Assembly: GCA_964016885.1 (NCBI GenBank)
Contig: OZ024741.1
Span: 124,992,001 to 125,056,000, forward strand
Direction: 5' to 3'
DNA: 64,000 nucleotides
Origin: Eledone cirrhosa
Lineage: Eukaryota
In this document: piece after piece, positions 22,134 through 36,100 of the stretch
How positions within the stretch are numbered: position 1 is the first letter of the stretch
Layout: every line of letters begins with the position of its first letter
Notes under the pieces: generated by a model
The model's database searches: none
Told to the model about the DNA's origin: nothing
What the model saw: only the letters and a program-made list of their open reading frames with translations
Position numbers and translations under genes: made by a program

Positions 22134-25100
22134 ACAGTTGCATTTATCTTGCTTTATGTCCATACGTGTTATCACCAAGTCACAACCAGTGACCTCAAGA
22201 GACAACAAGGTCCGCCATGTTCAAGAAAGAACATACATACTCACACATGCATCTTTAGTGTTTAGACTTGTGATGTACTTATATTGACAGAATCTTCCTT
22301 AGTATATGGGCAGTTCCCATTAGTACTATCTTTTGTATTTCTCCTATACGCGGGTTTCCTGGGATCTGCGATAAGTAATCATTAGACCCCTTAGGTATCA
22401 TTCCCAGAGCGCCTACAACCACTGGTATTGTTTTAGTTCTCAATTTCCACATTTTTCCAATTTCTATCTCCAGGTCCTTATACTTGCTCAATTTTTCAAA
22501 TGTTTTTATAGATACATTCTTGTCTATTGGAACAGACATATCAATTAGCAGGCATACCCTCTTTTTAAAGTCCTTCAATATTATATCAGGTCTATTTGCA
22601 TCTATTTTTCGGTCTGTTTGGATGCTAAAGTTCCACAAGATTGAGATGTGATCTTTTTCAAGTATGGGAGGTGGGTGATGCTCCCACCAATTCTTTTGAT
22701 GGGGCAGGTCAAAATGCTTACACATTATCCAATGTATGTATTGTGCAGCTCTGTCATGCCTGTTTAGGTATTCGGTTGGAGCTATAGGACTGCACATTGA
22801 AATTATATGGTCAATAGTCTCTGGTTGTTTTTTGCATACTCGGCATAATGGGCTGCACCCATTTTTTATTATGTTGGGTTGGTAATTTTTTGTTGGCAGA
22901 CACTGATCTTGTGCCGATATAATCAGTCCTTCAGTCTCCGATTTCAGTCCAGAGGATGCCAACCACTGATGGGTTAAAGTTTTGTCAACATCGGGATTGT
23001 TAGCTCGCTCTGGGTATTTTCCATACAGAGGCTTTTCTTGCCATTTCTTAGCCAGTTTCTGTAGCAGTTCTTTCTTTGCAGTTACTTTTACCTGCTTTGC
23101 TTTTTCTGCGTTTTCCATTTCAGCAGTAAATGGGACTTCTGAAATTTGTAGTCCATTACTGTATCTTTGTGCATCTTTTGTAATGGAATATGATCTTTTG
23201 ATGCTTTCGTGTTTCAAAACGAGTTTGATCATCCAATCATGTGATTCCCTTAGATATGTAGATAATCCAATTGTTGCAGTTTTCAACGCAATGTCTAACT
23301 GGATTAACCCACGTCCTCCTTCTTTCCTAGGGAGATATATTCTATCTATATCTGCCTTAGGGTGATGCATTCTGTGCATAGTTAAGAATTTTCGAATTTT
23401 TGTATCGAGCCTACGGATCTCTGTGCTTGACCAGTTGATGACATTGTAACTGTAGGTTACTACTGGTATGACAAGCGTGTTTATGGCATCGATCCTATTC
23501 CTTGCATTCAATTCCGTTCTTAAGATTGCTCTTACTCTGCGGTAACATTCCTTCCTTATCCTTTCCCTCATTGTCGAGTGCTTGATTCCGTCTCCTTCAC
23601 AAACACCTAGATATTTGTAAGTTTTTTCTTGATCAAGTTCTCTTATCACGTTCCCCGATCAAGATTAATGTCTGAACTCTTCAGCAGCTTTCCTCTGGTG
23701 AACGTTGCCTTGGTGCATTTATCTAGTCCAAACTCCATTTTAATGTCATCACTGAACTGCTCCACAGTGGATAATAGCCCTTGCAATTGTTCATCATTTT
23801 TTGCAAATAGTTTCAGGTCATCCATGTAGAACAGGTGAATAATGGTTTTGTCATAGACTTTATATCCATGTTTTGTTTCATTGAGCATTTTACTTAATGG
23901 TATAAGTGCGATGCAGAATAAAAGCGGTGATAAAGAGTCACCCTGAAAAATTCCACAATTAATATTAACTTCTCCAGCTTCCAGTGATTTTGTTTCACTA
24001 TTCAAAAGGAGTGTCGTTTTCCATGTCTTCATACTGAATGACAAAAACCTCCTGACAACGGGGGATATTTTGAAAATCTCTAAACATTTTTCAATCCAAC
24101 TGTGTGGCAAACTATCGAATGCTTTTTTATAATCTATCCAAGCAATCGATAGATTTTTGTGTCTATTATGACAATCTTCCAGTATCATTTTGTTAACCAG
24201 AAGCTGATCCTTACAGCCATATGAGCCTCGTTTACACCCTTTCTGCTCAATGGGAAATAGGTCATTTGTTATCAGGTGGTCATATGTGTTAGGACTGATG
24301 TTAAAATTTTATACATTGTGGTCAAGCAAGTTATCGGTCTGTAATTTTTGGGATTGTTTGTCTCATCATTCTTCGGAAGCAGGAATGTAATGCCGTTAAC
24401 TAGCCATGATGGTATCTTTTCTGGCTCCTTAATTATTTCATTGTAAAGTTGGGCTAACAGCTCATGAGACTCTGTGAAAGCATTTATCCAAAAGTTTTGT
24501 ATTTTGTCTTTTCCTGGGGATTTCCATTTGCTGGTTTTTCTTGGAGCCAAGCGCAACTGTTCAACTGTTATATTTTCCCATATTTGTTCCTCAAGGTGAG
24601 CTGTATCTTTCATTTGTCTGTCTATCCATGGGGCATGTATGTTATGAACTTTTTCTTCAGCCCAGATCTTTTCCCAGAATTCTTGCACTTCCTCCTTGGG
24701 TGGTATTGATTTAGCAGTTATTGTTGACTTACCAATTTTTCTGTAGAAGTTTCTCTGGTTGTTTTTGAACATATTATTGTCCTTATAGAATCTAGATCGT
24801 TTTTCAAAGCGCCTTATACGAGCAGCTTTGGCCGACACTTTTTGCTTGATTATTTCTATCAGCATGTCTATGTCACATGTTGATTTTATACTGTACTTTT
24901 TTTTCAATTTTCTAAGTTTAGTTTGTTTAACATGTTCACCTACTTTATAGTTTGTTAAAATTTCTATGTCAGATCGGAGAAGGTTTATTTGGCGATTGAT
25001 GTTCTCTTGCCAAGTAGATTTCTTATGGGAATTCCTTTGTTTTTTCATCTTCACTCCACATAAGTGAGTGGTGACTTTAGCCGATGCATAATAGAGATGA

Positions 25101-26100
25101 TTTAAATCAGTAATGTTTAGTTTGTTTGTGATGATAATGTTTTTGAGAATTATGTTAGTCTTGTGTATTATCTTTTGGTTCTGTTTGGAGTTCTGGATCT
25201 TAGGAAGGGTGTCTCGTTGCCCCATGTCAGATTCTTTCATTTTCATCCATTCGATCATAATTTCATCCTTCAAGTTGGCAAGTTCATTCTCATTCATTTC
25301 TTTATCATTTACGATCTCATTATTTTCATTTGGAGTTTCATCCTGAGCATGCACTCCCTCCACTTTTTCGATCCTTTCTTTAATTTGTTCTGTTTCCAGT
25401 GATTCCGCCCCAACACTGGGGTTCGAATGTTACAGTTTACCTCGTTTTCACTGACACATGTTTCATTTTCCCTTCGCTGACTTTGTGCTAATAGCTTGAT
25501 CTGATCAATTTCTATATCAGTTAGTAACATTTTTCTTACAATATTTCTTCGTATATTGGCTAGTTTGTTACTGTCAATATAGCCTCTGTTTTCGGGATGT
25601 TTCTTTTTCCAGTTGATATATGTCTGTTCTGTATTCGATGTATTTGATGGGTAGTACATGGCAGTGTAGAAAGCCTCAAGGACTTCTTTATTATCTTCCC
25701 TTGACCACTTTTCTCTCTTTTTCTTTGGATTTCTTGGTGGTGAGCATGGAGGGCCAACAGTAGGAGTATTCCGGTTATGGGAGGTCTCCATCTCCGAAGT
25801 GATGGGAAGGTTTGAACCATTAGCTGATTTTTCGACCCCAGTCTGGTTCCTCTCTGAGGGACGCGGCCCTTTTTTACCCGGGTGACAGCCGATCCGGTAT
25901 GAGATTTTATCATTAGACATTTACTTTATTTTGTCGCGTTTTATCCTTATCCGCCAAGGGGTAATCATTTCGTGTTACCACTTCTAGAACGAGTGTCAAC
26001 CAAGACTAGAGGGGTCGTTCTCCCCTAGAGACACGGCTATTCCCCGCCGGCCGCCATCCCGGTATTTCTTGGTCACGGGGTTTTCTTTTTGTTGTTTTTT
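22134..26100 (-). mobile_element. Near-full-length R4/Dong-like retrotransposon, copy 2 (few frameshifts)
   Basis: The single ORF is split into 25309-25920, 24272-25363, 23646-24188 and 22279-23649. Motifs: WKSPGKD, NYRPITCL, HLFYMDD, YKYLG, CRVC..ETIDHIISMC, NRPD, KLSKYKDL. The 3' end abuts (ATT)n. Confidence 0.93.
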
Positions 26101-26219
26101 TTAAATTGTTATTATCATGAGTGGTTCCTTAATGTGAGCATTGCGTGGCTTAAGAATGAAATTATTAATAATTGTCTCCACTCCAGGCACAAGGCCAGCA
26201 ATCACCCAGTGCATTACAA

Positions 26220-27056
26220 TAATATAATATACTTTTTGCTGTAGTTGCCTGTTATTGTTGTTGGCTATGTCGGTTGTGGTGCCGGGGCTTTTTATATTGT
26301 TGGTGAGGAAGGGGTGAGCCAGCAGCCCCATAGTTGTTGATGTTGACGTTTGGCCGATGGCCATGTCACTAAGTCAATATATTTATATCTTTTGCTAGCC
26401 TCTCCCTTGTCTAGTGATACCGCCACCTTCCCCTTTCTCTCTCAAGTTAACAGGGGAATAGTGGTGGTAGCAATGAAGGAGTGGTGGCGGCGGCGATGGG
26501 ATAATGGTAGCAAGATGATGGATGGGGTGGTGGCGGCAGTGGCGTTGTGGTTACTGGGTTTTGTGATATGTAGTATCTATGAGTTTGTGTTCGTATGTTT
26601 AATATATATTGTGTTGACATATTCCCGTAAAATTTGAATTAAACATTTTGTTAAAATTTGAGACAATAATAATAGTAATTATTATTATCATGCCGGGATT
26701 GATAGTGGTGGTGGTGAAATTGCCGTTATCTGGCTGTTATATTTAGTGTGATGGGATAGGTGGTGTATCAAGTTTCTGCTGTTGGTGAAATTGCTGTTAT
26801 TTGGCTGTTCTATATAGTGTAGACAGAGGGTGTTTTCTTCCATTTATAACCATTTTCTTTTTTTGAATACAAAATATATAATACAAAATTGAATATTTGA
26901 GCGATATAACAATATATATGGATACGAAATTTTATGGGACTTCATTCAGTGGTTTATGCAACATTTGTACTAAGAATTGTTATTTCACAATTGATTTAAA
27001 TATGTTAAAAATCAAAAACTTACGGGAGCGATTTCATGACCTTCTACCACCTCGTA
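26220..27056 (-). repeat. Leader-like repeat, copy 1 (homologous to 37030-37742)
   Basis: Shares long blocks with copy 2, e.g. AAACTTACGGGAGCGATTTCATGACCTTCTA and GGTGGTAGCAATGAAGG. Begins at an (ATT)n tract. The strand is inferred. Confidence 0.8.
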
Positions 27057-27073
27057 TTATTATTATTATTATT

Positions 27074-30000
27074 GGCGACCTACGTAGTAAATCGTATCAT
27101 CGTGAGCTCCGCAAAGGTTTGTTATTTCCGTTTGTTAAAAATTGCCATTTATGGAAAATTTTTATTGTTAACTATATATAAGCGCACATACATTGTTTTC
27201 CGAAAAGGACACCCAAAAAGATTGGGGCCTTGTGCCCAAAATTTAAACTTTTATGATTATCAAAAAAATTTCTTTGAAAAAAAATGGCTAATTCACCACT
27301 GCACCAAGCAGCTGAAAGCCTTTCTCACAAATTAACGCCTCACACCGACAGGCAGACATTCATTTCCCGCCATTACCAATGACTGCAGGTGTTAAAGCCG
27401 CCACCACCACCACCGCGACAACAGAAACAAAAGGAAAAAATAAATCAACTCGTAATGTCGAAATATTTTCAACCAAAATGGACTCTCCCAGACCGACTTT
27501 CAATGACGTCACCACCACCACAACTGAAACTAAAATTAATAATAACAAAAATAACGATTGCAACAACAACAACAATGACATTAAAAAAAACACCCTGAGT
27601 TTTGCCAGAGTAGCAAAACAGTTCGAAGCATTTACGGTAACTCAGGAGGATTTAGAAAATGCCAAACAAATGGTAAAGAAAGATGGGTACAGGGTCAGCC
27701 TCCCCCCCCCCCCCACCTAATAAAATGGAGCATCGGCGCCTATGCACCGTGTCGTATCGAACAATAAATGTAAAATCGCGCCGAGTGGAACGGGCATCCG
27801 AGTCCCAAATCCAAAAAGCTTTGGGACATGTGTGGGCAAGAAAAACCCACATCAGACGTGGGCAGAAGTATGGAACCGTGGACGTGTTCTTTGAAACACC
27901 AGAGGAGGCTAGAGAACACTCCATGGCCCCATTAAGAAGTGACGACTTCACACTCGTCCCAAGCTATTGTGGCCAGAGACTCGTAAAGATCAGGGTGACC
28001 CACGTTCCACCGGCCATCGAAATTCCCTGGCTAATAGCGGCCGTCCTCGCCGGCATCGAAGCCAACACAAAGATAATAGCAATAGCAAAAGAAAAGCAGG
28101 AGAACTGGTCCGGATCTGGGATGGAGCTCCTGATCCAAGCGGACCAAAAAAGCATTGAGGAGATCCCAGAGGTAATAGACCTCACTGACGGCAGCCACCT
28201 AACCCTAATTGTCGAGGGCAGAAGGCCTAGGTGTGTCGTTTGTGGTGAAGGAACCCACCTAAGGGCTTTCTGCCCTCAGGTTAAAAGGTTGAGGCCACCT
28301 CTCCTACCCACCCCAGTGACACAACCATCAACACCACCAGTAGCAGAGATGGCAGCAACAACTGTAGCAGCAACAACAGAAGCAACTATAACAGCAACAA
28401 CCCCAGCAACAGTAGCAAAAGTAACACCACCACCACCAGCAAAACCAGCACAACCACCACCCAACGCTTCAGAACTAGCACCAGCGCCTCCACCATCCAC
28501 CACGCCACAGCCAAAACTAACGCCTGTGGAGGATTTTCCACTCCCCTGCCTATCACAACTGGAGTCAGATTGTGACGACGAGGAGTGGGAAACGGTATCA
28601 GGAAAAAAAAAAGAAACCAAAAAAGAAAAAATTCTCTTCCTTCCCCCTCCAAAAACAAAATACAGAGGGAAACAAATAAATTAACAAACAAAAAAGTTAG
28701 GACAGATATGCCACCATCCACACCATCATCACCAACCCCATCAACCCAAACACCAACACCATCACCATCATTAACCCCAACACCACCATCACCTACACCA
28801 CAAAAGTCACCAAAATGCGAAACAGAAACAAACCTACAACAAACGCAAACATAACAAAACAACCAAAACGATACACACTACACAGCATTAAATTTGAACA
28901 ACAAGCAATTATTACACTACATCCAACACAACACCAGCATCACAGAAAAAGACTACACAACAACCCAAAAGTTCACACCACCTCCACACATACAAATCAC
29001 TCGCATCACACAGATAACGTACACGACACTAAAACAAAAATTCCCCAAAGACATCGGAGACTTCCGACAAACACTCTCCAGGAGGATTTATAAGGTCATC
29101 CTTCCGGAGGAGGCCACAAGCAGTGAAAAGGATGGACAAACCATCCTTCCTCTACGAGAAGTAAGGTAAGTGGTCTTTCCCATCTTTTGCACTCCATTTC
29201 AATATGACCTCACTCAGAATAGGCAGCATAAATGCGCGTGGCTTGGGGTCGTCATGGAAGCAGGGCCACCTGCTCAACGACCTCAGGTCACTAAACATAG
29301 ATGTAGTCGCGATCAGCGAGACCAGAATCTCCGAAGCACGGGCCTTCGCACCAATCTCCGGCGGCTACGATGTGTACGCACTCCCAGCCGTCCTGGATCG
29401 GGGGGAGGAGTTGCTGTGCTTTTTCGGAGAGGTTTGGATCTCGCCATACGGGCCATCTTCCTGGACCCAGAAGGTAAGTCGGTGGTGCTGGACGTGACCA
29501 GCGGAGACGGGCAAGCTTTCAGGTTAGTGGCCGTCTATGCCCCGACAGGAGCAGGGCGGCCTGATTTCTTCCGGCGTTTGGAGACCTTTCTAGTGTTAGT
29601 GGGCGACTGGAACGGGATCTTAGATGCACGCTGGGACTGTGTGGAATTAGCGGATAGGGGAGAAGGGTGCAAGAGCCTCACCAACCTGCTCAGGCGTTTT
29701 GAACTGTCTGACAGGTACCGATTGTATTTCCCGAATGTGCCAATGTGGACTTGGACAAATCGCATAGGGTCATCCAGATCATATCTAGATAGAGTATTTT
29801 GTAGAGAAATAGACAGGTCTAGCATAGGCTGTCCACAATTCAAGATAGTCAGCTACACGGACCACAAATTCGTGATCTGTGTGCATGACTTAGATAGGCT
29901 TCATAGACGAGGACGCGGCTACTGGAAGCTAAACACGTCCTTACCAGCGCGCAAGGCCTACAGAGACCGGATTAGCGAACTAGTTAAGCGGGCGTTGACG

Positions 30001-33000
30001 GTACCATCGTCAACAACAAGTGGTGGTTTGCTCTGAAAAGAGCAATTAGAATAGAGTCCATTAGGTTTAGTAAGGCTTTAGCAATAGAGAAAAATAGAGC
30101 AGAGGGAGAACTAGTTAGAAAATTAGACGAGGCGCTTAGCAAAGGCATCGCGACCGACGTACTTGCGGCGAAATTGGCTCTTGACCAATTCTTGACCAAT
30201 TCTTCAATGCAAAGCACGAAGGCTGCGTTGTCAGAGCTAGGGTGCGTGCTCTCAGACACGAGGGGACAAAAGCCGTTCAATGGGCCCGAGTGGCGGAGGC
30301 GCATCACTGTAATAAAGCCACGATCCGGTCTTTGGTGGACCACGACGGGCGCATGCTACTCGATCCCGGGCAAATGTGTGAAGCTTTTCAGCGACACTTC
30401 GCTCAACTGTTCGGGGGCAGTGGCGGGCCGGATCGAGGGATGGACTTTAGTGTCTACCTCGACGGACTGCCGCGGCTTTCGGCCACTGAGGCGGAGTGTT
30501 GCGAAAATCCGATAACAACCGCTGAAGTACGGGAGGCAATGACTGGCTGCACAAGGGGTAAATCGCCTGGTTTAGATGGTCTGCCCTATGAACTTTACGT
30601 ACAAATGCCAGACTTGTTCGGAGGCCTCTTGGCGGACGTCTACTGCAACTGGCAACAGAACGGTAAAATTCCCAGCTCTGTGAGCCGAGGAGCGGTGGCG
30701 CTGCTGAGAAAGGATCCGAACAAGGGGGATAACATAGATAATTTTAGGCCCATAACTCTGCTAAACACAGAGTTCAAGATTTTGGCCAAGGTGCTAGCAA
30801 AGAGGTTGGCGCTTGTCGTTGGTGGTCTGGTGGGAGAGGCACAGACATGCGCCATTCCCGACAGATCCATCCACGACAACCTCCACCTCATGCGATACAT
30901 CGTAGAGAGGGTAGCTAGGGAACCTGGCACGGGTGGGTCTTTGATCAATTTAGATCAGTCGAAAGCCTTCGATAGGGTCGACCATCGTTACCTAGCGGCA
31001 GTCCTGAGGGCGGCTGGCTTTGGGCCCGTCTTCAGAGGTTGGATCGCTGCCATGCACAGCGACATCTGCTCTGTAGTGAGAGTGAACGGTCCCCTTTCGG
31101 AACCGTTCAACATCATGCGCTCAGTCCGCCAAGGATGTCCCCTCTCGTCCCTATTGTACGTATTGACTCTCGAGCCATTACTGCACAAACTGCCAGACTT
31201 GTTCGGAGGCCTCTTGGCGGACGTCTACTGCAACTGGCAACAGAACGGGAGAATTCCCAGCTCTGTGAGCCGAGGAGCGGTGGCGCTGCTGAGAAAGGAT
31301 CCGAACAAGGGGGATAACATAGATAATTTTAGGCCCATAACTCTGCTAAACACAGAGTTTAAGATTTTGGCCAAGGTGCTAGCAAAGAGGTTGGCGCTTG
31401 TCGTTGGTGGTCTGGTGGGAGAGGCACAGACATGCGGAAGATCCGTGTCAGCATATGCGGACGATGTCACCGTAGTGGTGTCGAACGCCAAACGCATCGA
31501 GGCGATCGGCACTACACTAAGAGAATACGAAGCGGTGTCAGGAGCAATGATCAACCAGGAAAAGTCAGTGGGCCTGCAGCTCGGCACCTGGAGAGGCAGG
31601 TCCATGCCGTCCAACAGCGTCGTCGGGCGCTGGACGGACGGACCGGTTAAATTGCTAGGGGTCTAGTTCGGTCCAGACCTCCAGACGGACAAAAACTGGG
31701 ACGAGGTGACGAGCAGGGTGGCTTCTCTCACCCAGAAATGGGCCGAGAGGAAGCTATCCCTGAAAGGTCGAGCGGAGGTGGCTAACGCGTACATCGCGTC
31801 CGTCATCTACTACCGCCTGACCGTCGTACCTTGTCCTAAGCCCCGCCTGACGGCGCTGGAGCGTTTGCTCTTTCGCTTCTTGTGGAGGGGACGCGCTCCG
31901 ATGGTCAGGCGGTCCATCTGCTGTCAACACCCGCTACGTGGAGAGCTGGGCATGCCGTGGCTGATGATGCGCAGGCACGCGCTCAGGCTACGACATCTCC
32001 ACCTCTTCCTCGACGGTGATCAGGTGTGGTCGCCGTTTGCTAGACACGTTTTTCCCCAGCTCGTCTCCTTGACGGAGCTGCAGTCCTGGGTCAAGCGAAG
32101 ACTGAGAGGGAGCGCTTGGAGACTGGAATGTCTTCAGGCGCTCACAGCCCTCGACCAATCGGGCAATCTGATCGGTGGAAACTCCACCTCGGCGTTCTAT
32201 AGAGAATTAGTGGAGGGTAAGAGCGACGACGTACTTGGAGAAACTCTAGACGTCGACGAAAATCAACTAGCCAATCTTTTCGGAAGGACTTTCGGGCCGG
32301 GGCCTATGGACAATTTCCAGATATCCCTGGCCTGGCAGTGCTAGCGGGGTGCTTTGCCAGTTCGGGATAAACTCTACAGGCATGGAGGTGCCGTCAGCCG
32401 GGCATGTCCGAGATGCGCACAGGGCGACGAAACCGTCCTGCACGCACTCGTCCAGTGTCCGAGCATTGCTGACTTGTGGGTTTATGTCCAACACCTGCTG
32501 TCACGTGTAGGACGGATCCAGCTATCAGCTGAGTCCATCGTGAGGATTGCCCCGCCCTCTTCCTTTAGCCGGGAAGGGCAGGCAGTTTTTATCTGTCTGG
32601 TGGCCATGGCGAAAGAGATAGTATGGTGGACACGTTTGAAAGGGCTGAAGACGAGCACTTACCTCTTCGGTGATGCCCTGATTAACTTTTTCAAATTTCA
32701 TCTGAAAAGGAAAATCAGGGTAGAGAGGGAAGTGCTCTCTTCCCAGCATTTTGTTGAAAGATGGGTGAGAGAAGGAAGTATGGCCCGAATGAATGGGCCT
32801 TCTCTGAGTGTGTGTCTGTAAATTAAAGGTGGAAAACTGGGAGAGGGCACTTGCCCTGGTGGTCAGGGCCACTGTGGTCTTTTAATGGGCTTTCTCTACA
32901 AATATCCCTCGGAAGTCTCCCCCCTATTGGGGAATTTTTCTTTGTTATTTTATTTCATCCTCTGTTTTTTTACACGCAGAAATGCCCATTTGTACCGTCC

Positions 33001-33063
33001 TGTATTGTCCTGTACTGTCCTTAATGTCTACTTTATGTAAACCCTTGTGGTTAATAAAGAAAA

Positions 33064-33064
<1 letters not shown>
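27074..33064 (+). mobile_element. Tx1 family A copy 2, full length but frameshifted, with a divergent 5' UTR/ORF1
   Basis: ORF1 fragments 27379-29169 (CVVCGEGTHLRAFC). ORF2 fragments 29204-32821 are nearly identical to copy 1. (ATT)n on both sides. Confidence 0.95.
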
Positions 33065-33109
<45 letters not shown>

Positions 33110-33110
<1 letters not shown>

Positions 33111-36100
33111 TTTGAGTCTCAGTCATTGATGTTAGTTAATTGTAAAGTTTGTTGAAATGAATATCAAGCCACTACCTGCAGCCTCAGATATTCAGGACGT
33201 ATCGGAGGTTTCTTGCTGTTCCCAGCAAGCATGCCTTTTGAAGCGTTCCAAAAAGCGTGAAGGGGCCAATTTTCTTTAACCATCCTTGGAAACTTTTTGA
33301 GATAGTCCCTAGTGCGCCTATGACAATCGGGATTACTTTGACTTCATGACAGTTCCAAATCCTTTTTACCTCCCACTTTAAGTCCTGGTATCGGTTAATT
33401 TTCTCCCTCTCCTTCTCTTGCAATCTCGTGTCGAATGGGCACCCACATCCACAATCAGGCACGATCTTTTTTCTTTGTCCACAACCACCAGGTTAGGTCT
33501 ATTGTGTTCCAGTTTCTTGTCCGTCTGTATCCTAAAATCCCACAGCACCTTCACCTGATCGTTTTCTATCACCGAGTCTGGCTTATGCTCATACCATTTC
33601 TCCGAATGTGGTAAATTGTTTACTTTGCATAGGTGCCAGTGGATCACCCTGCCCATCACATCATGTCTCCAGCCCTTATAGTGAGTCTGGGCTAGGTGTT
33701 TAGACTCGGATACAATGTGAGCCACAGTCCCCTCTCTCTCTCCACAGATCCTGCACAGTGGGCTAGCCTCCTCCTTGTAAATATGGTGTTTCAACCACTT
33801 CGTTTTGAGGGCCTGCTCCTGCGCAGCCATTAACATCCTTCTGTAGCCTTTTTAAGGTCTCCTCTTTTCAACCAGTTCCATGTCTGTGGATATCTAAATT
33901 CAGTTTTCTCAAAGAAGGTACTATGAAGGGATTGTTCCTGAAGGCTGCTCTTTCTCCTTGATGTTATTTCCTCCTTGGACATCCCCTGGCCTATTGTCCC
34001 CTCCTTCAGTACAGTTCTGAGCATTGGCTCCTTACTATCAGTGACGTATTTGTGTAGGTCGTTTTTCTCCATCTCAACACAATCCTCTATGCTGATAAGA
34101 CCTCTTCCACCCTCAGATCTCCTTAGGTAGAGTCTATCGACATCACTCCTCTTGTGGAACATGTTGTAGATAGTCAATAGCTTCCTAGTCTTACTATCCA
34201 TTTCTTTTTGTTCAGCAACATTCCATCTCAGAATTCCCGCACTGTACCTAATAATAGACACAACTCGGGAATTTACTGCGCTTATGTCATTTCTGCTGTT
34301 CAGATGTGACTTCAATACGCTCCTTACTCTCCGAATGTATTCAGTTCTTAACAATTCCTTCATTTTTTTGTTCTTTATGCCATCAGCCTCCAGAATGCCC
34401 AAATACTTGTATCCTTCCTCAGAGTCAATTTCCTTTATCATCTCACCTGTTGGTATCTGGATTCCGTTACTTCTGCTCAACCTACCCCTCCTCATCACAA
34501 TGACTCCACACTTACTAATACCAAACTGCATACATATATCACTGCTGAAAATACGGACAGTGTCAACAAGCACATCCAACTCCTTCTCACTCTTCCCGAA
34601 GAGCTTAAGATCGTCCATGAAGAGGAGGTGATTGATGGTAAGCCCTCCCTTTCCCAACCCGTATCCTGCTCTCACTTTTCGCAGTACACTGGTCAGGGGC
34701 ATCAGGGCAAGGACAAACAACAGAGGGGACAGGCTATCTCCCTGGAAGATACCTCTCTTGATCTTCACGCTTCCCAAGGATTCTCCAGTTGATGTCAACT
34801 CTGTTTCCCAGGACCTCATACTCTTGCCCAACAACTGTCTGATGTTATCTGCCACCTTGAAGATCTCCAGGCTTTTGGTGATCCAAGAATGAGGCACCAT
34901 GTCAAATGCCTTTCTGTAGTCTATCTATCCCATGGCAAGATCAGTGTGTCTCCTCCTGCAATTCCCCATTACCATCTTATCAATAAGTAACTGGTCCTTT
35001 GTACCACGTGACTTCTTTCGGCATCCTTTCTGTTCGTCCGGTAACAAGTTGTTTGTGTGGAGGTGATGGTAGATTTCCTCAGACATAATGCTCGTCAACA
35101 GTTTCCACATTACGGACAGACATGTGATAGGTCTATAGTTGGTAACATCATTACCTTTGATTCGGTCTTTCATTATCAGAACTGTGGTACCTTTTGTCAA
35201 CCACTCTGGTACCTCACCTGACATCAAGCAGTCATTGAACATAGTTGTCAGTTTCGGGTGGAGGGATGTTATATTTTTAATACAATACCCCTGCACACCA
35301 TCTGGGCCTGGTGATTTCCAGTTGGTTAGTTTTTTGGCCTGCCCCTTAAGAGTTTCAACTGTGATACTCAAATCAGTTTTCTGGTGTGCCTGCTCACCGA
35401 TCTCCCTCTGTACTGTCTCAATCCACCCTGCCTGGTCATTATGTCTAACATCCTGCTCCCATATTCTTCTCCAGAATGTTTTAGTTTGTTCCGCCTCAGG
35501 GATCAAGTCGTTGCCTCTTTCTTTCCGCTCAAGCTGTCCGAACAGCATCTTCTGGTTGTTGTCGAACATGCGGTTCTGTTTATACTGACTGACTCTGTTC
35601 TCGTATCGCCTGATTTTTGCACTCTTTGCTACAATGCGTTGCTTCAGTTCCTCTATGATAATATTTAGCTTTTTCCTCCTAGTTTTGTACTTTATTTCCA
35701 GTCTATTTTTAGTGCCTATGTTTTTTAGTGTCCCATTCAGTAGTGACTCAAGCTTTCCAATGTCATTTCTCATTTCCCTGATCTGACCACTCAGTCGTTT
35801 CTTCCACCAAGGCTCTGCTCTTTCTTGTCTGTTGTTTCCTCTCGCTTTTATACCAAGTAGTTTCCTCACCGTATTTGCTGTTGCTTTGAGGATATTGTTG
35901 CACTGGTGAAGGCTCCTCGCCTCAAGGTATGGGATGACTTTGTTTACCTTAGCTGTTGTTTCTTTTAACTTTTTCCTGTCTACAAATCTTAGGTTCATAG
36001 GTCTCCCACTATCATTGTTCAATTCATCTACCACTAAATTTAGGATGTCAACCGAATCTTGTCCTAGCCCGTCAGCATTTATCTCCTCAGTGGCCGTATC

